From assembly GCA_051531975.1 (NCBI GenBank), contig JAOPTT010000017.1, positions 32,001 through 96,000 of the forward strand: a stretch of DNA of 64,000 nt, in the 5' to 3' direction. The DNA is from Spirochaetaceae bacterium. GTDB lineage: Bacteria > Spirochaetota > Spirochaetia > DSM-2461. The position numbers and the translations under genes are program-made. Each line of letters begins with the position of its first letter. Within the stretch, counting starts at the first letter, position 1. Under the pieces are notes generated by a model. It was not told the DNA's origin. It saw only the letters and a program-made list of their open reading frames with translations, and did no database searches. This document shows positions 38,797 through 48,328 of this stretch, piece after piece.

Positions 38797-39662
38797 TGAG
38801 CCTCCGGATGATAAGTAGAAAAAGCTGTTTGGAGCTCTGTGCTACTTAAATGTGTATAAATTTGTGTGGTTCCAATATCGCTATGACCTAGAAGTTCCTG
38901 TACAGATCTTAAATCTGCTCCACCAACTAATAAGTGTGTAGCAAAAGAGTGTCGTAGTGTATGCAATTTACCTTCAACTCCGGATAAACTACAAATAGTC
39001 TTAAAGTTTTTCCACATACCTTTCCGAGTTAAACGTCCACCCCGGGTATTAAGAAAAACGCTCTCATTTTTTACCTTTCCAGATAATTTAGGTCTTGAGT
39101 TTTCCAAATATTCTAACATCCAGTAAATAGCTACATCACCTAAAGGAACAAGTCTCTCCTTGTCCCCTTTACCTCTAACAAGAAGGACACCTTCTGTTAA
39201 AAATAGACTGCTCTTATCTAGATCGACAGCTTCTGAAACCCTAAGACCACAAGAGTAAATAAGCTCATATAGAGCTCTATCTCTGAGCCCACCTGGGTTT
39301 GTAATATCAATAACTTCTAATAACTTATCAACTTCCTCTACAGCTAATACATGGGGAAAGTGCTTTCTAAACCTGGGAGTATCTATCTTATCTAGGGGAT
39401 TATCTTCTCTAATTCCTTCGATAATTAAAAAATTATAGTATGCTTTAATAGCTGTGTGACACTTTGCCAATGTTCTTGCTGTTACTAAGGTCTGTTTTCT
39501 AGTTATTAAAAAATCGATTACCTGGTCAACTTTTAGTTTTTCTGGATTAAGAGATCTACTTTTACAATAATTGGACAGTTCCATAGCTTCGTACATATAT
39601 GTTTCAACTGAACTATCCTGAAGACGAATCTCTACTGTAAGGTAACCTCTAAAATTTTCCAT
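38793..39662 (-). CDS. xerD: Tyrosine recombinase XerD-like
   Basis: 'LRDRALYELIYSCGLRVSE', 'GKGDKERLVP', 'HTLRHSFATHLL.GGADLRSVQELLGH.DIGTTQIYTH'. Confidence 0.88.
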   Translation of the reverse strand: MENFRGYLTVEIRLQDSSVETYMYEAMELSNYCKSRSLNPEKLKVDQVIDFLITRKQTLVTARTLAKCHTAIKAYYNFLIIEGIREDNPLDKIDTPRFRKHFPHVLAVEEVDKLLEVIDITNPGGLRDRALYELIYSCGLRVSEAVDLDKSSLFLTEGVLLVRGKGDKERLVPLGDVAIYWMLEYLENSRPKLSGKVKNESVFLNTRGGRLTRKGMWKNFKTICSLSGVEGKLHTLRHSFATHLLVGGADLRSVQELLGHSDIGTTQIYTHLSSTELQTAFSTYHPEAQ

Positions 39663-39666
39663 CTAT

Positions 39667-40806
39667 CTAGTTTGCCCTCTGTCTCTCTCTTAAAATAGTT
39701 GGGACATCAAAGTCCTGACTAATAGAGAAGTTTTTAGTTAAAATACTGCCCTTTGCCCGTTCTTGTTTTGGGGTTCTAGTTCCAGTATTACTAGTTTTAA
39801 GAGTTGCAATTTCTAATATTTCATCTTTATAGTTCTGCTCACCACTAAAACCTGTAGCAACAACTGTTACCATAATTTTTCCATCCATAGATGAATCAAC
39901 AACTGTTCCGGATTTAATTTCGACACGATCGTCTACTGTAGATGTAATTATCTCATTTATCTCTTTAAATTCAGTTATTGATAAACTATCATCACATCTA
40001 ATGTTAATTAGAAGGGCTGTAGCACCGTCAATAGATGCTTCGTTTTCTAATAGAGGATTTTTAATTGCACTAGTTGCAGCATCAATGGCTCTATTATCAC
40101 CAAAACCTTCACCAATACCCATTAAGGCATCACCCTTACCTTTCATTGTACTTTCAACATCTGCAAAGTCTATATTTAACATACCTGGCATTGTTATTAA
40201 GTCAGATATTCCTTGAACACCCATTCTAAGAACATCATCTGCCATTAAAAAAGCATCTTTAATTGAAGCATTTTTATCAACAACATTAAATAAGTTCTCG
40301 TTTCGTATTGTTATAACTGTATCTACTATATCTCGTAAATTATTTATTCCATTTTCAGCAAATGACATTTTTCGTTCTCTTTCGAAAGCAAATGGTTTAG
40401 TAACAACAGCTACAGTTAAAATGTCTAACTCTTTTGCAATTTGTGCAATTACAGGAGCTGCTCCAGTTCCAGTTCCACCACCCATTCCGGCAGTGATAAA
40501 AACCATTTTAGAACCTCTTAATATATTAATGATTGTTTCTCGGTCCTCTTCTGCGGCATCTCTACCAACTTCTGGTTTACCACCAGCACCAAGACCACCT
40601 GTTAATTTTGATCCGATAGCTAATTTTATTGGTGCATGTGACATCTGTAATGCTTGCTGATCTGTATTTACAGCAATAAAGTCTACACCTTGTACACCTT
40701 CTGATATCATACGGTTAACAGCATTACTACCACCACCACCAACTCCAATAACCTTAATAATTGTATTACCAACTATAGGTTCCTGATTTATGTATTCAAT
40801 TTCCAT
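39667..40806 (-). CDS. ftsZ: Cell division protein FtsZ
   Basis: 'GVGGGGSNAV', tubulin signature 'GGGTGTG', C-terminal 'FDVPTILR'. Confidence 0.98.
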   Translation of the reverse strand: MEIEYINQEPIVGNTIIKVIGVGGGGSNAVNRMISEGVQGVDFIAVNTDQQALQMSHAPIKLAIGSKLTGGLGAGGKPEVGRDAAEEDRETIINILRGSKMVFITAGMGGGTGTGAAPVIAQIAKELDILTVAVVTKPFAFERERKMSFAENGINNLRDIVDTVITIRNENLFNVVDKNASIKDAFLMADDVLRMGVQGISDLITMPGMLNIDFADVESTMKGKGDALMGIGEGFGDNRAIDAATSAIKNPLLENEASIDGATALLINIRCDDSLSITEFKEINEIITSTVDDRVEIKSGTVVDSSMDGKIMVTVVATGFSGEQNYKDEILEIATLKTSNTGTRTPKQERAKGSILTKNFSISQDFDVPTILRERQRAN

Positions 40807-40821
40807 CTATCCCTCCCAGAT

Positions 40822-42060
40822 TTAAATGAAGTGTTTAAATATTCTTTTAAAAATATTTTCGCCTTTTATTTTATCAGAGCCATCGCTGTCTCTTCTGCCT
40901 TGTTTTACTGGTGTATGACTTTTTTTATTTCCAGCATATGTTACAAGTCCTACAGCTGTTGAATAACCTGGGTGCCTTAATTCCTCAGTTAATCCAGCTA
41001 TACCTTGTGGTAATCCTATTCTTGTTTGTACACCTAAAATTTCCGTTGCTAAATCTGCGATTCCTGGCATTAATGCGGAACCGCCGGTTAAAACGACGCC
41101 TCCAGGATATTTATCATCAAACCCTTTCTGTTTAAGCTCTTTTGCTATTATATTAAACATTTCACATGCTCTTGCTTCAATTATCTCTGCTAAATAAGTT
41201 CTAGTTACTGTTACTGGAGATCTTCCTGCTATACCAGGAATAATAATTTCAGAATCAGAATCAACATAACTAACAACACAACACCCTTCACGTAGCTTAA
41301 TATTCTCTGCAGACAGCGTAGGAGTATTTAATACCTTTGATATATCACTAGTAAAAATATCACCACCCATCGGAACAACATTTGTATAATATGGTGCTCC
41401 TCCATAATGCAGAAGTACATCTGTTGTACCACCACCAATATCTACTAATAGTACACCTAATTCTTTTTCATCTCTTGTTAAAACACACTCACTAACAGCT
41501 AAGGATTCTAAAACAATCTCATTAACATAATAGTTTCCTCTATTAACACATTTAACTATGTTATCTGTGGAGGTTAATGAACATGTTATAATATGAACTT
41601 CTGCTTCTAAACGTACCCCAATCATGTTAATAGGGTCTGTAATACCATTTTGACCATCAATTGTATATTCCTGGGGTATTACATGTAAAATTTGTCTATC
41701 CAAGGGTATAACTAAAGCTTTTGCAGCTTCTAAAACACGATCAACATCTGATTTAGTAATCTCTTTTCCTCTGTTACCAACAGCGACAACTCCCCGGGAG
41801 TTATAACACTCGATACTGCCACCAGCAACACCAGTATATATATGAGAAACTGTTCGACCAGCCATCTGTTCAGCCACATAAATTGCCTCGGATACAGCTT
41901 TCATAGCCTCTTCCATATTTATGATTACACCAACTCTAATTCCTCTAGATGGAGAGCTTCCCCAACCTGCTATATGGAGTTTTCCAGAGATATCATATTC
42001 AGCTATGACTACTCTTATTGTTGTAGAACCAATATCTAAACTTACAACTACATCATCCAA
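40822..42060 (-). CDS. ftsA: Cell division protein FtsA
   Basis: 'LDIGST', 'GVRLEAEVHIIT', 'DIGGGTTD', 'VLTGG'; amphipathic C-terminal tail. Confidence 0.96.
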   Translation of the reverse strand: MDDVVVSLDIGSTTIRVVIAEYDISGKLHIAGWGSSPSRGIRVGVIINMEEAMKAVSEAIYVAEQMAGRTVSHIYTGVAGGSIECYNSRGVVAVGNRGKEITKSDVDRVLEAAKALVIPLDRQILHVIPQEYTIDGQNGITDPINMIGVRLEAEVHIITCSLTSTDNIVKCVNRGNYYVNEIVLESLAVSECVLTRDEKELGVLLVDIGGGTTDVLLHYGGAPYYTNVVPMGGDIFTSDISKVLNTPTLSAENIKLREGCCVVSYVDSDSEIIIPGIAGRSPVTVTRTYLAEIIEARACEMFNIIAKELKQKGFDDKYPGGVVLTGGSALMPGIADLATEILGVQTRIGLPQGIAGLTEELRHPGYSTAVGLVTYAGNKKSHTPVKQGRRDSDGSDKIKGENIFKRIFKHFI

Positions 42061-42065
42061 TGTTT

Positions 42066-42812
42066 CTACTCCTTCTCTCTATATACAATTTCGTCTTCTC
42101 TAAAATCTACTAGATCCACAGAGATCTCTTCTTTATCTAAGAGAGAAATAACAACTACAATATTTTTTAATTGTGGGATAGTTAAAACATCTTTAACCAA
42201 CGCTTTTATTGGAGAGTGAGTGAAATTCAGTATTAGATCAAATGTCATCTCCCCTCTTTTAATCACAGATATTTCGCTTATGGAAGAGTACAGCTTTGGA
42301 ACTGAACCCCTAACATTTTTTAATGATTTTAACAGAGGCACTAATACTCTAGGAAGTTCTCCACCCATAGTAACCTTTTTAAAATCTATATCTCCACTTA
42401 TAACTGGTAAATTTATATCGTTAATTTCTTCACCAATTTTAAATACAACTCCATTTTCATCAAAACATAGGGGTATAGATATACCATCCTTTTTTATATA
42501 TGAAATTGCTAAAGCTTTTCTTCCTAGAACTGTTATATTAAGTGTATCTGGGAATGATTTTTCAACAGATACTTTTCTAACTAGTGGTTCTTTTAATATC
42601 CTATCTTCTATTATTTTTGGTTTTATTAATAGATAGGAACTATAACTATCTAACCCAGCTATCTGCTCTAAACTAGATGAAAACGATAGGGATGAATTTA
42701 ATTTAATCTCTTTAATAGTAAAATAAGGTAGAATAAAAAATGCAGTTATAAGCATTATAAATAAAGAAACAGTTAAGGTATAAATCAGATTTATTAGAAC
42801 ACTATTATTCAT
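42066..42812 (-). CDS. ftsQ: Cell division protein FtsQ/DivIB
   Basis: N-terminal TM, POTRA-like 'VRKVSVEKSFPDTLNI', C-terminal 'VDFR'; lies between ftsW and ftsA. Confidence 0.8.
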   Translation of the reverse strand: MNNSVLINLIYTLTVSLFIMLITAFFILPYFTIKEIKLNSSLSFSSSLEQIAGLDSYSSYLLIKPKIIEDRILKEPLVRKVSVEKSFPDTLNITVLGRKALAISYIKKDGISIPLCFDENGVVFKIGEEINDINLPVISGDIDFKKVTMGGELPRVLVPLLKSLKNVRGSVPKLYSSISEISVIKRGEMTFDLILNFTHSPIKALVKDVLTIPQLKNIVVVISLLDKEEISVDLVDFREDEIVYREKE

Positions 42813-43950
42813 CTGACTCCCCTTTTGCTGTTGATAGGTTTAGCAAAAAACCTATCATTATCATTGTAACTATTATGGAAGTTCCACCCTGGGAGAAAAA
42901 TGGTAATGGTATACCAGTTGGTGGAAACAGTCCTGAAACAACTCCCATATTTAACATTGCTTGAAAGAATATAGCACAAGAAAACCCTGAAGCTATATAA
43001 ATCTTGTAGTTTGATTCCTGCTTTTTAGCAATTGATAAACCTTTAAAAAATAGCAAAATAAAAAGTGTAATAACAATTATAATCCCAACAAATCCAACTT
43101 CTTCTCCAACTACTGTAAATACAAAGTCGGAATGTGCCTGGGGCAGATGTCCTAATTTCATCTCTCCAGCGCCTATTCCTTTACCTGCGAATCCACCCTG
43201 ATAGAGTGCTTTTAAGGATTTAATAACCTGATACCCACCACCTAGTGGATCTTTTGCAGGATCTAACCAAGAGAGTATTCTTCTTATCCTATATGGTTGC
43301 ATCATAATAACAAACGTGGCGATAAGTAGACAGAATCCGGTTATTATGCCTAAAAATCTGATTCTTACACCTGATATAAACAATAAAACTACAGACAACA
43401 TAAAAACAAAGAAGGCTGTAGAGAAATCGTTTTGTTCTATTATAACCCAAGAAGAGATTCCAACAACAAATATAGCGGGTAGAATTGTTCCCTTAAAGTC
43501 ATTTATCATCTCTCTTTTTTTATCAAGAATATATGCTAGATAGATGGTTAATGTAATTTTTATACCTTCTGAGGGCTGAAACATAATACCAGCTATCTCA
43601 AACCATCTTTTTCCACCCGATATAGTTCTACCTAATCCTGGCACAAAAACTAATAAATTTAACAGTATAGATATAGCCCATAAAAGAAGGGCAATTTTAC
43701 CAAATATTTCAACTTTTACTAATGTTAAAGAAAAAGCTAAAATAAAACCTACACCTAAAAATTGCAAGTGTCGGATAAAAAAGTAAAACGGACCTTTATC
43801 AAACTTTAGGCTAAAAAACCAAGAGGCTGAAAAAAGAGATACCGCACCAATACCTGATAATAAAATAACAAGCATTATAAGCTGGATATCAATAGACCTT
43901 TTTTCTGAGATAGATTCGAATGTAAACTGATTTTTTAAACTACTTACCAT
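42805..43950 (-). CDS. ftsW: SEDS peptidoglycan polymerase FtsW
   Basis: 'GGKRW', 'FQPSE', 'LPQAHSDFVF', 'GIPLPFFSQGGTS'. Confidence 0.95.
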   Translation of the reverse strand: MVSSLKNQFTFESISEKRSIDIQLIMLVILLSGIGAVSLFSASWFFSLKFDKGPFYFFIRHLQFLGVGFILAFSLTLVKVEIFGKIALLLWAISILLNLLVFVPGLGRTISGGKRWFEIAGIMFQPSEGIKITLTIYLAYILDKKREMINDFKGTILPAIFVVGISSWVIIEQNDFSTAFFVFMLSVVLLFISGVRIRFLGIITGFCLLIATFVIMMQPYRIRRILSWLDPAKDPLGGGYQVIKSLKALYQGGFAGKGIGAGEMKLGHLPQAHSDFVFTVVGEEVGFVGIIIVITLFILLFFKGLSIAKKQESNYKIYIASGFSCAIFFQAMLNMGVVSGLFPPTGIPLPFFSQGGTSIIVTMIMIGFLLNLSTAKGESDE

Positions 43951-43954
43951 TTTT

Positions 43955-45034
43955 CTATTGTGTTTTTAACATTGAAAGCCCTAATATTGCTAACATTCCC
44001 CCAATTATCCAAAATCTATTTATTACTTTACTTTCTGCCCAACCCTTTAACTCAAAATGATGATGAATTGGAGCCATTTTAAATACTCTTTTACCTGTTC
44101 TTTTATACCAAAATACTTGAATTATTACCGACATAGTTTCAATAACAAAAACTCCTCCAATGATTAGAAATAGGATCTCTTTTTTAACAATTATAGATAT
44201 AACTCCTAAAACACCACCAAGGGCTAAACTACCTGTATCTCCCATAAAAACTTGAGCAGGATAGCAGTTAAACCATAAAAAACCTATACATGCACCAACA
44301 AGAGCTAAACAAAAAACTGTAAGTTCTCCTCCCCCTTGTACAAAAGGGATATTTAGATAATCAGCAAAGTCAGGTCTACCTGATAAGTAGGTAATAACAG
44401 CTAAAGCAATTGTTGCAAATAGAACTAAACCTGTAGCTAGTCCATCTAAACCATCTGATAAATTAACTGCATTTGAAATACCAACAATATAAAATACAAT
44501 AAAGGGAATCATAAAGATTCCAAGATCAAGAAGTGGATCTTTTAAGAATGGTACATATAATTTTGAGAACTCATCTGAGCCATGAAAATAGAGTAAAATA
44601 GCTACAGTAGAGGCTATTATAATTTGACCAATAAGCTTAAACCGACTTCTTAATCCTTCAGAACTTTTCCTTGAGATTTTAAGATAATCATCTAAGAAAC
44701 CTAAAAATCCAAAAGATATAAAAGTACCAATAACTAACCATGAGTAGAAACTTTTAATTTCAACCCATAAAACTACTGAGATTATTACTGAAACTATAAT
44801 TAAGAAACCACCCATAGTAGGTGTCCCTGATTTTTTTAAGTGAGATTGGGGGCCATCAGTTCTAACTTCCTGTCCCATTTTAATTCTAGCTAAGAAAGCT
44901 ATAACTTTAGGACCTAAAATAAAAGAGATTAATATTGCGGTAACTGCAGCATAGGCAGACCTAAGACTTATGTACTGGAATATATTTAAAAATGAAACAT
45001 AATCGTTTAGTGGATATAATAAAGCTTTAAACAC
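43955..45034 (-). CDS. mraY: Phospho-N-acetylmuramoyl-pentapeptide transferase MraY
   Basis: 'KSGTPTMGG', 'DDYLK', 'NAVNLSDGLDGL', 'FMGDTGSL', 'MAPIHHHFE'; GTG start after GGGGAGG. Confidence 0.97.
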   Translation of the reverse strand: MFKALLYPLNDYVSFLNIFQYISLRSAYAAVTAILISFILGPKVIAFLARIKMGQEVRTDGPQSHLKKSGTPTMGGFLIIVSVIISVVLWVEIKSFYSWLVIGTFISFGFLGFLDDYLKISRKSSEGLRSRFKLIGQIIIASTVAILLYFHGSDEFSKLYVPFLKDPLLDLGIFMIPFIVFYIVGISNAVNLSDGLDGLATGLVLFATIALAVITYLSGRPDFADYLNIPFVQGGGELTVFCLALVGACIGFLWFNCYPAQVFMGDTGSLALGGVLGVISIIVKKEILFLIIGGVFVIETMSVIIQVFWYKRTGKRVFKMAPIHHHFELKGWAESKVINRFWIIGGMLAILGLSMLKTQ

Positions 45035-45069
45035 GTCTTCCCTCCCCAGAAATGACAAAGATTTAATTG

Positions 45070-46446
45070 TTAGAGAATACTATCAGTTATCTCTTCTAAT
45101 TTGACTCCCCTAGAAGCTTTAAGAAGTACCAATGAATTTGGTTTAATCACCTCTTTAACAGCTATCTTTAAGTCATCCATATTATCAAAAAAAAGAACGC
45201 CTAATTCTTCTTTCAGATTTTTAAATACATCTCTGTATTGGTCGCCATATAGTATAACAACCTTAAATTTGCTAATAGCAAACTTTGCAACTTTTACATG
45301 CTCAGAATAGGAAATATCACCTAACTCCAACATGCTTCCTAAAATAGGAATCTTTGGATTATCCCAAGTAGTTTTAGCTAAAAGCTCTAAAGAACTTATA
45401 GTTGATTCGGGGTTTGCATTGTAACAATCCCTAATTATTCTACTTTGGCCATTAAGTAGTTCACCTCTTCCAAATATTGAAGGTAAATTACTTAAACCCT
45501 TAGCTATAGTTTCACTTGGGACGCCTATTTCCCTAGCACAAGCTATTGCCATAAAAGCGTTTAATAAATTGTAACGCCCCATATACTGATAGTTTATTTT
45601 TATATCTTCATATAAAAACTCCCATCCATTAAAACCAAGGTCTTTAATCCCTGTAATGTAACGTGGTGTATCAGTAACAGATAAAACATCTGCATTCACA
45701 CCAGTTTTTAGAAGTTCATAGTAGTCGTCCCAGCTAGGTATAACAGCTAAATTATTGCCTGTGAAGTTTGCAAAAGCATCCTTCTTTTCTTTAGCAATAC
45801 CGTCTCTGGAACCAAAAAAACCAATATGTGCACTTCCTATATTTGTAATTAAAGAAATATCAGGATTAATAATATCCACAAGATCTTTTATCTCTCCTGG
45901 TTTACTCATACCCATTTCTATAACTGCAATTTCATGCTCTTTAGTTATTCTAAAAACAGTTAATGGAAGTCCTGTTTCAGAATTATAGTTTCCCTTTGTC
46001 ACTAGAGTGTTTTTAAAGTTACTTAAAATTGAACCTAAAACCTCTTTTGTAGTAGTTTTACCACTACTGCCTGTAATCGCAACAACCTTTAACTGTTTAA
46101 ACTGACCAATATACTCTTTAGCCAATTTTTGTAGAGCCTTTAAACCATCCTCTACTATAAAAAAAGTACTTTCATACTTTTTTGCTAATTTTAGAACCTG
46201 ATCTTTATTCTCTAAAAAATACTTTTTAGATACTAATGAGCAGTTACATCCACCTATTAAAGCAGATTCTATATACAAGTTTCCATCTGTAAACTCCCCA
46301 ACTAATGGAATAAACAGAGAACCACTTTGGGCCTCTCTAGAGTCAATAACAATACTTGTAATATCTGTATTATTAAACTCTAAAACTTCAGCCTGCAAAA
46401 AAATCTTTATGTCTTCAGCAGAAAAAAGTCTACTCATTAGATTCAA
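45070..46446 (-). CDS. murF: UDP-MurNAc-tripeptide D-Ala-D-Ala ligase MurF
   Basis: 'ITGSSGKTTTKE', 'GNYNSETGLP', 'EMGM', 'DCYNANPES', 'KASRG'. Confidence 0.95.
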   Translation of the reverse strand: MNLMSRLFSAEDIKIFLQAEVLEFNNTDITSIVIDSREAQSGSLFIPLVGEFTDGNLYIESALIGGCNCSLVSKKYFLENKDQVLKLAKKYESTFFIVEDGLKALQKLAKEYIGQFKQLKVVAITGSSGKTTTKEVLGSILSNFKNTLVTKGNYNSETGLPLTVFRITKEHEIAVIEMGMSKPGEIKDLVDIINPDISLITNIGSAHIGFFGSRDGIAKEKKDAFANFTGNNLAVIPSWDDYYELLKTGVNADVLSVTDTPRYITGIKDLGFNGWEFLYEDIKINYQYMGRYNLLNAFMAIACAREIGVPSETIAKGLSNLPSIFGRGELLNGQSRIIRDCYNANPESTISSLELLAKTTWDNPKIPILGSMLELGDISYSEHVKVAKFAISKFKVVILYGDQYRDVFKNLKEELGVLFFDNMDDLKIAVKEVIKPNSLVLLKASRGVKLEEITDSIL

Positions 46447-46711
46447 TAACCTCTATACGAATAATCTCTCCACCACCAATTTTTTGCAATTCAACATCTG
46501 GATTTAAATATTCAAAAACCCTATTAGGGGATTCTAATTCTGCAACTTTATTAACCAGTCTTTTATTCTCCAAAACTAGTTCATCTTGGGATCTAACCAA
46601 ACTCCGAACTTCAAAATAATTAATCATATATCGTTGTGATTGCCATACATTCACAAATAAAAATAGAGGCACCGATAAAGAAATAATTATTCCTAAAAAG
46701 GTTTTCCTCAT
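46430..46711 (-). CDS. ftsL: Cell division protein FtsL-like
   Basis: Single TM plus short coiled coil ending 'LESPNRV'; directly after rsmH. Confidence 0.75.
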   Translation of the reverse strand: MRKTFLGIIISLSVPLFLFVNVWQSQRYMINYFEVRSLVRSQDELVLENKRLVNKVAELESPNRVFEYLNPDVELQKIGGGEIIRIEVIESNE

Positions 46712-47667
46712 ACCATAACCTCTCTAGCTTCTGTAAGTTTTTCAATAACTCTTAACTTTGCACTTCTTGAAGGAGGATTTATGCCAATTTCTTCAGCTGT
46801 TGGGCCTACTGGCTTTTTAGTTAGTCGTTTTACTTCAGGCTGTCCACCACATTTACACCTAGGATAATTGTCTGGACATATACATTTTTGGGCTTTTGAC
46901 TGAAAATACCGTTTAACAGCCCTATCTTCTAGGGAGTGAAATGTGATAATTCCTATTTTTCCACCAATTTTTAATATTTTTAATGCGTCTTCTAAAACAC
47001 TATCTAATCTATCTAATTCTGAATTAACCGCTATTCTCAATGCTTGAAATGTTCTAGTTGCAGGATTAGTCCTACCGTGTCTTTTATCCGGAGGAAAACA
47101 ACCCTTTACAATATAAGCTAATTGCTCAGTTGTCTCAATTGGTTCCTTCTCTCTTTCTATACATATTTTTCTAGCTATCTTTCTAGATAATTTCTCATCA
47201 CTATATTCATATATAAGGTTTGCTAAAAGACTCTCTTCGTAGTTATTTACAATATCCCGAGCACTTTCTAAACTATTTTCATTCAGACGCATATCAAGTG
47301 GTTCATTTTTCTGAAAAGTAAAACCTCGTCCACTTTTTTCGTAATGAAAAACAGAGATACCTAGATCTAAAAGTATTCTATCAGGTCTCTCATAGTCATA
47401 ATCAGAGAAGTTCTCAAAAAACTCATTAAACCAGGTATGTTCAAAACTAACTCTGTTACCAAATACTGAGAGTCTCTCTTTTGCAACTTTTTGTATTACT
47501 TTATCAGCATCTATACCGATAACTTTGATATCAGGGAATCGGGATAAAAACATTTCAGAATGTCCACCTTCTCCCATTGTTCCATCAACAATCAGTTCAT
47601 TCCCAACCTCAGGTTTAAGGAAATCACATACTTCTTCTTTTAAAACTGAGTAATGTACTATATCCAT
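46708..47667 (-). CDS. rsmH: 16S rRNA m4C1402 methyltransferase RsmH (MraW)
   Basis: 'DGTMGEGGHS', 'DLGIS', 'PLDMR', 'TFHSLEDR', 'SRSAKLR'. Confidence 0.96.
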   Translation of the reverse strand: MDIVHYSVLKEEVCDFLKPEVGNELIVDGTMGEGGHSEMFLSRFPDIKVIGIDADKVIQKVAKERLSVFGNRVSFEHTWFNEFFENFSDYDYERPDRILLDLGISVFHYEKSGRGFTFQKNEPLDMRLNENSLESARDIVNNYEESLLANLIYEYSDEKLSRKIARKICIEREKEPIETTEQLAYIVKGCFPPDKRHGRTNPATRTFQALRIAVNSELDRLDSVLEDALKILKIGGKIGIITFHSLEDRAVKRYFQSKAQKCICPDNYPRCKCGGQPEVKRLTKKPVGPTAEEIGINPPSRSAKLRVIEKLTEAREVMV

Positions 47668-48104
47668 TAAAAATCCAACCCTTCAAGAGCTTCGTTAAGA
47701 TCCTCTTCAGTTTCCATCTGGTATGCTTCGTAAGCTTCAACATCCCAAATCTCAATATGATCATCTAATCCGAGAATTATACATTCCCTTATTACATCTA
47801 CTGACTTCATAATTGAAGCAGATAATTTTATTCTTCCAGCCTTATCAACATTCACTTCTTGAGCAGGTGCAATAAGTCGTCTTTGTATTAATCTTGATTG
47901 AGATTTAAACAGGGAACTATTCTCTTTAATTAGTGCTTCAAGTTTAGACCAAGGCTCTTGTGGAAATAACCAGATACATCTATCGACGCCTCGAGTTTGG
48001 ATTAACATATCTTCTGGCAGTGATGCCCTTATTTTTCCAGGAAGAAGTAATCTTCCCTTATCGTCGATAGTTCCATTGAACTGACCTTTAATCTCTAATC
48101 CCAT
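47667..48104 (-). CDS. mraZ: Transcriptional regulator MraZ
   Basis: Two AbrB-like repeats 'DDKGRL' and 'DKAGRI', 'HIEIWD'; start reassigned to ATG at 48104. Confidence 0.92.
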   Translation of the reverse strand: MGLEIKGQFNGTIDDKGRLLLPGKIRASLPEDMLIQTRGVDRCIWLFPQEPWSKLEALIKENSSLFKSQSRLIQRRLIAPAQEVNVDKAGRIKLSASIMKSVDVIRECIILGLDDHIEIWDVEAYEAYQMETEEDLNEALEGLDF

Positions 48105-48120
48105 AAAATCACACAGTTTT

Positions 48121-48185
48121 ACTACTAATTCCCACTTTCTCCCACGATATAACTTAATAATGACACTAAGAAATTCAATTGTCAA
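48121..48185 (-). promoter_or_regulatory. dcw promoter (TTGACA-17-CATTAT) followed by MraZ-binding direct repeats
   Basis: Minus strand GTGGG-N5-GTGGG-N5-GTAGT at 48145..48121 (10-bp period); TTGACA at 48185..48180. Confidence 0.75.
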
Positions 48186-48270
48186 CGAAGAAAAAAATAT
48201 TAGAATTTCAAATTGATTTGATAAAAAAATTTTTACTACACATATGTTTAGATAGGGGGGATTTTAGAGC

Positions 48271-48302
48271 AAAAAAAAGGGAAATAGTTAAACTATCCCC
48301 CT
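48271..48302 (-). terminator. Intrinsic terminator after the GH57 gene
   Basis: Minus strand ggggatagtt-t-aactatttccc followed by eight T. Confidence 0.7.
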
Positions 48303-48328
48303 CTATTGATAAGTATTATTATCTATGG

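Noticed and set aside
36277..39662. Two tyrosine recombinases as prophage or integron integrases
   Set aside because: Both are about 290-aa XerC/D-type proteins without an integron-integrase insertion, embedded in a housekeeping operon with no phage genes or att repeats.
45070..46711. Missing ftsI, murE, murD, murG and murC in the dcw cluster
   Set aside because: A reduced dcw cluster of this form is usual in spirochetes.
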